Assembly (NCBI RefSeq): GCF_009914755.1
Contig: NC_060931.1
DNA: 64,000 nucleotides
From: the human T2T-CHM13v2.0 reference genome, Homo sapiens
Direction: 5' to 3' (one strand)
Shown here: in pieces, positions 52,201-64,000 of the stretch
Layout of the letters: each line of letters begins with the position of its first letter
Position numbering within the stretch: the stretch's first letter is position 1
Translations under genes and position numbers: made by a program
The notes under the pieces: generated by a model
Database searches by the model: none
What the model was told of the DNA's origin: nothing
What the model saw: the letters and a program-made list of their open reading frames with translations, nothing else

Positions 52201-54296
52201 AAATTCAACCTGACTGGAGAGACCAGAACGTGGGAGTCCCCCATTCGTGTCCCACTGATAAGAAGTGTCCTAGGAATCACAGCAGCTGGTGTCTGAGATC
52301 AACAGCCCCCCAGTCACTAAAGCGCTACCCTGCCTTTCACACTCTAGCCCCAGAGCTGGGAAGGGAGCACTCATGGGGACATTGTCCCTGTTCGCAGAGG
52401 GAACACGGCCGCTTGTCAGCGCCTTATCCCACTGTCAGGGCAGCTGGCTGGGATGGGAGGGGAGACTGCATGAACCCCCATATTTGTGAAACTGAGTAAA
52501 AAGGAAGTTCACTTCCTGAGAAGGGTGAACTAGTCAGGCATGACATCTACAATCACCTTGCTTATGAGGCTGCAACAGAGGGGTGCTTGTCTACAGAGGA
52601 CGTTAGCTACACAGGCGACGGCCCTGGGCAGATGACAGCCACGCTTGCCCATGGCACTGAGCATACCATGGTGCCCGGTGACAACACTGGGGTCGAGTCT
52701 GGAAGCCCTAGAGAACTCTGCTTCCCAGGGCTGCTAACACTGACTGGGGAGGACCCTCTGATGTTACAAAAGCCAGAAAAGGCACCCCCGGTCTCTTTCA
52801 CGAACCTGATTTCCCTGTAGGAAGTAAGTTCTTGCTTCTCTTAAAACGCGATTCCCAGAACTGAACATAATAAATATTTCATTCCTAGGACCCTAAATGG
52901 TCCAATGGGACCGTTACTTCCCCTGTTACTTTCTAGCAACGTGACTTCTATCTTCTGTGGAAGTGGGAAAGCACCTGACCTGGGGTCTCATTCCACTTCT
53001 GCCACTTAAGGACTGAAGCCTCTTTGAGATTCAGACTCTTTGGCTGTCAATGGGGGTAAAAATACCCTGCCTATCGCTGTGAATCATTCTGAAGGGAATA
53101 TGCTCATACACCCAGTGTCCAGCAGTCTGGGGAGACGTGAGATCCCTTTGCACGGATACCCCATGTCACAACGATTCTGAGGCCCCTGATGAGCGCAGGC
53201 CCTCAGCCCCAGCCCTGCAGAAGTATTCCCTGGGTCTTTCAGGGAGTCCTCAAAAGGGTCCCCGACATCTGTTGAACCAATCAGTCCCAGTCATCATTGT
53301 ATCCTTCCTCTGGCCTGTCTTCTGTGGCTTGAGGTCCACCAATACGAGCCTTGGGGCCACTACCTCTAAGACACAGTGCCCATGGGGCTGCCAGGCTCCA
53401 GGTCCGGGGCTCCGTTGGTGCTCTAGATCCCTACACCCTGCGTGACCCAGCAGTGCTGATTCTGTGCACGGATGGAGAAAATGCACCTTCCACCCTCAGC
53501 CACTCCGTTATCTCCTGCAAGCAACTTTCAGCAACAACTCCCACACCCTGCCAAAAAAACAACCACTGACAAAAACATCAGTTTCCACAGGAGTGAGCTC
53601 AGCCGTTCACACCTTCAGACAACATCTCCCCTGGACTCAGGACTGCCTCAGCCTGAATGCCTGATTAACACGCCCAAGCCAGAACTGTGAAGCCCCTCAG
53701 AGGGGAACAACAAGAGAGCACAGCTGCCTGTCCCGGAGGCCTTCATGAAACCAAAGGACTTCACCCCCACAGTGAACTGAAACATCCACCTCCAAACCCA
53801 GAAAACTGCTGGCCACTTTCAAAAGACACCTCCTCCTCCCTCTCAGGAGCTGGGCCACACTGCAGCCTAAGGCACCTCTGTCCACGTTGGAGGAGGAGGC
53901 CAGAGGGACCACCTAGGGAAAAAAAAATAAAGCATTCAGAGTCAAAAAATACTGTTGATTGCAGTGTGGCAGAGGTGCTAGGGCAATGGGGGAACACATA
54001 GGTTCAGAGAAAATCAGACAAATGCAAAAAAGAAACTGCCATTAAGTCCAGAAGGAGAAAAGGGTTGTTTAATCACAGAGTGTTGTCCTAGAACACTACA
54101 TGGCTCAGAGGTGAGCCATGCCCCCTCCTAACACTACATACCTCCTCCTAATAATGTGAACAGTTGTCATTTATTTCATAAAGTACTGGAATACAAGGAT
54201 ACAGAAGGGGGTATAGGAAGGAGAGCGTTTCCTCCGCTACCATGATTGGAAGTTAACAAGTAGTGTGCAAAGTCGAAAATCAAGAAACAGTAATGT

Positions 54297-55135
<839 letters not shown>

Positions 55136-55236
55136 AGAAAAGGAAAATGAAAGAAAACAGATTTTCTCAGCCTCTACAAAGGCAGGTTTCAAAAACCTCA
55201 GGGCTCTATCACAGCTAGAGCTGTCATCAGATACGT

Positions 55237-55990
<754 letters not shown>

Positions 55991-56370
55991 GTAGGAGGAA
56001 CACAATTTAGCCCAACAAACTGTTAAAACTGTGGAGTGTTATTGTCATATACTTTAAAACAAATTGGCCACCCTGCAGGTCCTGTGTCTTAACATGGCTG
56101 CCTTCCTATAATACTGACTGGTACACTTGCTCCCAGAGCTCCCAATTCAACTCTGCAACAGCCCCAACTCTCTTCATTTCTCCCTGAACACACACCCACT
56201 GAAAGGTACTCTTGCTCCCTCCCCTCAGCCCCCACATTAACACCTGTCACCCTGTGGTGCTGCTGTGCCTATGTCCTGATTCCTTTGCACAGATCCCTGC
56301 TCACTAATTGAGCCTTATCTCTTCTCCCTCTCCCATTGATCCAGCCAGTCCTTTCCTCCTTCTTCTTAGA

Positions 56371-56595
56371 TCAGGGGTGTCCGATCTTTTGGCTTCCCTG
56401 GGCCATACTGGAAAAAGAAGAATTGTCTTGGACCACACATAAAATATATTAACAATAGCTGATGAACTAAAATAAATAAATAAAATCACACAAAAAAGTC
56501 TCATGACATTTAAAGAAAGTTAACAAATTTGTGTTGGGCCACATTCAAAGCTGTCCTGGGCCGCAGACAGCCCATGGGCTGGACAAGCTGGCCTT
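56371..56595. mobile_element. MER30 DNA element
   Basis: CAGGGGTGTCCGATCTTTTGGCTTCCCTGGGCCA...GGACAAGCTG. Confidence 0.8.
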
Positions 56596-57010
56596 AGATA
56601 GATTGAGACCAGGAAGCCCCCAACTTCCCCCATAATAGAACTCGTAAACTGAATCTCAGCACAAAAGGATCATCCTCCAGTGGCTGAGTACACTAGAAGC
56701 TTGAGTCCTCTGCTCATGGGGCCACTTACTAGTTGGGTAATGGACAACTTAACCTCCCTGTGGCTGTTTCCCTACCTGTAAAGTGGGACTAATAATAGTA
56801 ACCCACATCATAGGCTTACATGACATAAAGCATGTGAATCTCCTAGCACAGTGCCTAGAACACAGTAGGTATTTAATAAATACCATTTGTTACTATTTTA
56901 CTATTACCAGGTGTTACTTTTTATCTTCTTTCATTGAATCATGTCCAGAGCAAAGCAGGGCTGTGCTAGACCTCCAAACCGCCTTTGACTCAAAAGAGAG
57001 GCCCCCGCTG

Positions 57011-57445
57011 GGCTGGGCGTGGTGGCTCACACCTGTAATCCTAACTCTTTGGGAGGTCAAGTCGGAAGGATCCCTTGAGCCCAGGAGTTCAAGACCAGCC
57101 TGGGCAACACAGGAAGACCCTGTCTCTATTAAAAAAAAAAAAAAAAAAAGCTAGCCATGGTGGCTCACACCTGTAATCCCAGCACTTTGGGAGGCCGAGG
57201 TGGTGGATCACCTGAGGTCAGGAGTTCGAGACCAGCTTGGCCAACATGGTGAAACCCCATCTCTACTAAAAATACAAAAAAAATTAACCAGCATGGTGGC
57301 AGGTGCCTGTAATCCCAGCTACTTGGGAGGCTGAGGCAGCAGCATCGCTTGAACCCGGCAGGCAGACGTTGCAGTGGCCGAGATCACGCTATTCCACTCC
57401 AGCCTGGGTGACGGAGTGAGACTCTGTCTCAAAAAACAAAAGAAA
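57011..57445 (+). mobile_element. Alu left monomer + full Alu
   Basis: Monomer with an A-tract, then a dimer. Confidence 0.88.
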
Positions 57446-58139
57446 GAGAGAGGACCCCATTGGGTCTGTGCCGTGCATCTCAGCTACCAATGCTTCCGCA
57501 TCCTCCTGGTTCTGTCCTGCTAACAACCAACAGGACAGCTCAACCTGCCTGCTTTCCTCCTGGTCTCCCAGGGCACATCTGTCTCTGGAACGGCCCTCAT
57601 CCCACTCTGCCTCACTCACACGATTCCTATTAGCCTCTTAACTCAGCGTGGTCTTCGGGAGCACACCCTTCAACCCAAAAGCAGCACTTTTAAAACACGT
57701 TTAAAAAGTGATTTAGTAAATAATGTTGATTTCTTTTGTGAAATTTTTAAAGACAAAGTCAAGTTACGTTACCCATGCCATAACAACGGAAGCAAAAACA
57801 GAAACCTATATTCCATTCCATTTTAAACTCAGGGACACCCAAGCACCCAGCTGAGGGCTCAGCAGCTTGTTTTTGCAATGTTCTACAGTGGGAAAGAAAG
57901 GAACAAAAAGCCTAGGAGTGGATCTCTAGAGAAAGACATTGTATATTTTGTCTGAAAGCATCTTACTCAGGAACTCCAGTTCCAACACCGTTTGGAGATG
58001 GTTCTAATCAGAGAAAAGCAAAACCCTAAAACATTTCTCAAACAGTTCTTCACGATCTGCTGCCTAAGACTCTTGTAGTACTTGCCACAGCAATATAGAG
58101 AACGTTTAAGCTTCTTATTTGTAATAAAAAGTGACAAGA

Positions 58140-58758
<619 letters not shown>

Positions 58759-59699
58759 GGTGACAAGTACAACTAACAGTTCATTGCACATTTACCGTGT
58801 GCCAGACACCCATCTGTTTTGTGTGGGTTGACTCATTTAAATAAACCAATTAACTTTTAGAGAAGGAGCAGTTCAAGAAGGAAGGCTTTCAGTCACATAG
58901 CTGCGTGACCCTAGGCCTTCAATTTCTCTTCCATAAAGTGGGGATAATACCCACCTAATAGTTATTGTGAGGATTAAATGAGATAAATGTAGGTATAGCA
59001 TTTTCACCCAAAGTTTTCCAACGTCATTTCATAGTTATAAAGAATCGAATGATACATTTGAGAAGTACGTACTGTATTAATGAAAAAATGAACAAACCAG
59101 GAAATGGAAAATTTTGAGATTCGTTTTGGCCTATTTCAATCTGCCCTTCAGTATGTCCATCCTGGTGGAGGTGACCTTGGACTGGCGTTTGACTCCCCAC
59201 AGCCAGTCTCTGCTAAGCCCTGTCACCACATCAAAGGGGCCACCTAGACAACGTGAAGTCAGAGGAACCCCAATCCTGCCCACACTTCAAAGGGGCTCCT
59301 CTTCCGGAAGTTGTTACAGCATTCCTTTCAAGGAGGGTAAACAACGAAACAGCTCCAGGAGCTCACAGCTCGCTCCAGCTACATCACTGGCCTCCACGCT
59401 GGGACGTGGAGCTCTCTGGGGCCCAAACAGCACACCGAAGAATGAAAATGTCCCTCTGCCGAGAGCAAGTCGGCCCTGCTGCCTTCCCATTTCACCCTTC
59501 CACTAATGAGCACCAGGAAGCGCCCCTCCCAGGGCGCGCCCTCAATCAGCGTCTGGCCCTGAGCAGGTGGCACCCCTCTCTTCCTCTCTGCCCTCTGTCA
59601 AGACCATACCACGGCTGTTTTGACTCCTGGGCTTCCGCCCTTTAGTTTACACATTTGATGATTCCGTTTGAAAATCGCAACCTGAAATACTCCTCTTCT

Positions 59700-61130
59700 A
59701 GGCTGGAGGCGGGGTTGGGGGCGGGGGCGGTGGGTGGCGGAAGGAGGGCCCTCAAACAAAGATCCGCTTTCTCCTGAACAGGTGTCAGGAGACCAAGCTT
59801 TGACCTCCAGCTCCCTGGCCTCCGGGCGCGGGCCCTGGGCTGATCTGGCGGTGGACGTGCAGGGCAGCGGGCCCGCGCCCACCAGCTGTGGCAAGTTTCT
59901 AGTAAGAGAGGGATAGAGACAGGCGGAGACCGCTGGGGAGTTTCCCGGTGCTCAGCCATCGCATAGGGGGGAACGGACCCTTTTGTGGGCCCTCGGGTCC
60001 CCCCGTGGTCCCCGCTGGCGCGCTCGTCCTCTGCCACCCCCAGATCTCTGCGCACTCCCCACTCCTGGGCGTTCGCACTGCCCCCCGGCGCACTCTCGCC
60101 GCCCCGGGGTCCGAAGCACCGCGCACTCCACCCCGCGACGCGCGCATCCCTCGACCCTCGCGCGTCCACACCGCCGCTGCGCCTCGCGCCCCCGCACCCC
60201 CGCAACCCCACACCACGCCGGCCGGGCGGGGCCGGATGCGCAGACGTGCAGCACGTGCGCTGCGCAGCGATTGGCAGCGCCGCCCCCACGCCGCCCCGCC
60301 AGGGAAAGGGTGTCCCGTGCCCTGCCGCGGCTGCTGGTCCCGCGGGCGGGGGCTGTCGGGGCGCGCGGGCCGGGCCGTGGGGGTCGCCGCCCGAAGTGAC
60401 CGGGGAACAATGACAGCCCGATGGGGAAGGGCGGCGGCTTCCCTAGAGGGCCGGTTCTCTGGCTCGGAGCTGGGGGGCGTGGGGGCCGTAGGTGTTGCTT
60501 CTGCGGAATGGAAATACTTTCTGTGAGTGGTGCGCACGTGTTTCCACTTTATTTGGTTGTCAACTGGGGCCCAGTGCACTTAAACCCAGCGTTATTCGGG
60601 ACCGAGCCAGGAGATCACTGCACCCTTCAATCTGCGGGTGGGGGGAGGAGTTAGGAAGGGGACTGAGTGACAAAAGTGACAGAGGCGCAGCTCATGTGCG
60701 TGACCCGGGGAGTGATGCTCAGTTCTGGGTGGGGGACCAGAAAGATGTCCACTGCGGGACTGGGCGATGAAGGGGCGGATTTGAGTGGCGGCTACTGTTT
60801 CCCGGCCTGGGACGGCTGCCGGGCGGGCAGGATCTGCAGGCGCGCGGCCGGGACGCGCAGGGAGCGCGCAGGGAGCAGTGGGGCTTCCCGGGCCGCTTCG
60901 GGGAGGTGGGCAGGAAAGGGCACGCAGCCCTAAGTGACTCTCGGCTGAGACTGCCTCTCCTCATCCCAGCAGTAGCCAGCCAATGAAAAATAGGCTCAGG
61001 GGGTTCCCGAGCCAATGGAAGCCCGCGGGCCGTGAGGACTTGCCACTAGAAACGTTTATGGTGTCCCGGCCCGGAGACTTCTGTGTGTTTGTTAGGCGGG
61101 GCGGGGGGCGTCTTCCCAGCAGCCCAGGAC
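59700..61130. promoter_or_regulatory. Orphan CpG island with promoter-like motifs
   Basis: High GC/CpG density. GC boxes near 59718 and 61097, CACGTG at about 60253 and 60535, TGCGCA motifs at about 60237-60267, AGCCAAT with cores at 60980 and 61012. No credible coding exon. Confidence 0.85.
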
Positions 61131-61984
61131 AGGTGTGTGCCCAGGCGGATTAGAGCGCCTGCTGTTGGTAAGGCCCCTGCCGTGGAGGGGGAAGGGAGGA
61201 CAGGGGGAGGGCAGAGGTGAGGAATCTAGGAGCTGGCGAACGGTTTCTCCCGCTTTCTGTGTCCTGCGTCACTTTCCCTTCTGTAAACGGTGGTCTTCCC
61301 TTTGTGTCGTGTTTGATCGTTTCTAAATTGCTTTCCCATGCATTACTTTACCCAGCCATCACTGTAACCCACAAGATGGGTTTGATTACTCATTTTACCA
61401 GCAGGGGAAGTGAGGCTCAGGTAAGTTAAATCCTAGGCACATGGTGGCACAGCTGCTTAGTACAGGTTTGGGACTGGAACTCAGGTGCCCCGACGACAAA
61501 TCCAGGGCTCTTTAACTACATCAAAGGAAGGAAACCAGGTCTGTTTTATGATCCTGGTGCCAAGGGCACACCCAGTGATTAAACTGAAATCCAGAAGGAC
61601 CGGGTGAGTTTTATTTCCCCTTCAGTCATGCTCTTTCAGGTTGTCCCTTTGCAACACAGGTTTGCTCTGCTATTACACGCCATGCCTTAAGATTAAGAGA
61701 GTTCACTGACTGCCAGAAAAGCCAGAAGTAAAAAAACAGAATGTGTGTAGGGGCGGGCGGGTTACCCACTGTGCATTTCCTCCTTACCCACACCCTCAGG
61801 CCAACTCGAGACCCGTGGTCCTCTCTCATGTTGGTCCCCCACCTGCAGATACTGTTTCCTGTTCCATGGACTGGGCTCGGCCTGCCTAAAATAGGCTGCA
61901 CCCAAGAAGCTTCTACCTCCACTACTGCCATTATCCCAGCCATGAGGAAATAAACAACTTCCTCCCCGTCCCCCCGCGGCTACA

Positions 61985-61985
61985 T

Positions 61986-62025
<40 letters not shown>

Positions 62026-62298
62026 TTTGAGTCTTGCTCTGTCACCCAGGCTGGAGTGTTGTAATCTTGGCTCACTGCAACCTCCTTCTCCCGGGTTCAA
62101 GCGATTCTCCTGCCTCAGGCTTCCAAGTAGCTGGGACTACAGGCGCCTGCCACCACACCAGGCTAATTTTTGTATGTTTAGTAGAGACGGGGTTTCACTA
62201 TGTTGGCCAGGCTGGTCTCGAACTCCTGACCTCAGGTGATCCTCCCACCTCGGCCTCCCAACGTGCTGGGTTTACAGGCATGAACCACTGAGCCCGGC
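61985..62298 (-). mobile_element. Alu with (TTTA)n tail
   Basis: Full dimer; flanking GGCTACA. Confidence 0.93.
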
Positions 62299-62962
62299 CA
62301 AGGCTACAACATTTTTAATAGGAGTGTTTCTCCTAGAGGATTTGTCAGTCGGGGCCTTGCTGTGTCTCTGCTATGGTGCCTGATGAAGTCTCTGGATCTT
62401 TTCAGCAAAGCAGATGATGCTCAGTGGTTCCCAGGGCTGAAAGCCCATCACAGTCATCTGTGAAGGCGTTTAAAAATACACATCACCGAGCGCATCTCTG
62501 GATTGGGATTCAGCAGGTCCAGGGCGCGTGTTATGTTTTTTGTTTTAAATACTCAAGTGATTTAGATGACTGGTCAGGTTTGAAACCACAGATATAAAAT
62601 GACTTCCATCTGAAAAGTCTGAAATAACTCAAAGCTGAAATTGGAGGCTTTTTGGTCAGATGGGAACCTGTCATTCAGAGGTCCATCATGCCTAAGAATG
62701 TGAAGAATGACAACTCTTCATAAGAGGGTCCAAAAGGGAACGAAAACTCTTTGTGGTAGGAATATCCTATGTTGAGTAATCTGGGACCTTAGGGGAATAT
62801 AGGGTTAGGGAACTGATACTGGGTGTGAACTGATTTTATTTTCACTAAAATAAAACTAAGAAATCGGCACTCAAAGTCAGTGGCTTACATCCTACACAAC
62901 TTGTATTCCTATCAATGGATGCTATTTGCTTCCTTTTCATTTATCAGCCCTTGCTTTCTAGA

Positions 62963-63605
62963 CCTGAGCTGTCCAGTACATTAGCCACTAGCCACATGGG
63001 GCCGTTGAGCACTTGAAGTCTGGCTAGTCCAAATTGAGATGTGTTGTATGTGTCAAACAAACATTGGACTTCAAAGACTCAGTAAGGAAAAAAATGTAAT
63101 CATTAATACTTTCAACATTGATTATGTATTAAAGTATTTTGGATCTATTGGGTTAAGTCAAATAGATTATTACAATTAATTTCAGCTTTTTCTCTCCTTC
63201 CTTCCTTCCCTCCCTCCCTCCTTTCTTTCTCTTTCCTTCTCTTCCCTTCTCTTCTCTTTTCTTTCTTTTCTTTCTTCATCTCACTGTCTCCCAGGCTGAA
63301 GTACAGTGACACAATCATAGCTCACTACAGCCAGGAATTCCTGGGCTCCAGTAATCTTCCCACCTCAGGCTCCTGAACAGTTAGGACTACAGGCACACCC
63401 CACCGTCCCCTGGCTAATTTTGTTTTAGAGGTGGGGGTCTCATTATGTTGCCCAGGGTGGCCTCAAACTCCTGGCCTCAAGCAGTCCTCCCACCTCACCC
63501 TCCTTAATAGCTGGGACTATAGGCGTGAGCCACCACGCCCCAGCTTTCTACTTTTATTGCGTTAATATGCCTAGTAGGACATTTTTAATTACATATTTGG
63601 CTTGT
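62963..63605. mobile_element. MER33/MER3-like element interrupted by a CT-rich tail and a minus-strand AluJ-like element (about 63190-63543)
   Basis: GCTGTCCAGTACATTAGCCACTAGCCACATG...TGAGCACTTGAAG...; resumes after the Alu. Confidence 0.7.
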
Positions 63606-63747
63606 GGAGGCTGGGAACATTCTTGATCTGGATGATAGAGGTATATGTTTGTGTGTGTGGTGTTGAAATTCATCAGACTGTGTCCTTAAGTTTTGTGTAC
63701 TTTACTGCTCTATGTAAGTAAAAGTCAGTTTAAAAATTAAACAATAC

Positions 63748-64000
<253 letters not shown>

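Noticed and set aside
59598-61015. ORFs of 140-226 aa in the second CpG island
   Set aside because: Same GC-bias artefact; no domain or convincing exon structure.

Overview
This is human/hominid genomic DNA, Alu-dense and AT/GC-mosaic. I recognise it as the 5' end of KDM7A (JHDM1D, chr7q34) plus about 57 kb of upstream sequence. The only supportable protein-coding sequence is KDM7A coding exon 1 on the minus strand (6490->6297, 194 nt: Ala-rich N-terminus and most of the PHD finger, ending at a GT donor). It lies in a CpG-island bidirectional promoter that also drives the divergent lncRNA KDM7A-DT (JHDM1D-AS1) on the + strand. The rest is intronic or intergenic: dozens of Alus (including a very young AluYd8 at the window end), MaLR/ERV LTRs (MST, THE1, MLT1, LTR16, and a solo MER9 with a perfect TSD), DNA transposons (Tigger3a/MER7A, MER5, MER45, MER53, MER63, MER30, MER33), L1/L2/MIR remnants, microsatellites and a U6 retropseudogene. 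Almost all other ORFs in the track are Alu, low-complexity or GC-island artefacts. I see no clear new biological system. The best leads are: an orphan CpG island at about 59.7-61.1 kb with promoter grammar, an AP-1/E-box/CRE enhancer-like cluster at about 29.7-30.0 kb, a probable LTR-donated polyA site and a smORF in KDM7A-DT, and several structurally odd retrotransposition events. Repeat family names come from recall of consensus sequences and most repeat boundaries are approximate; no search was run.
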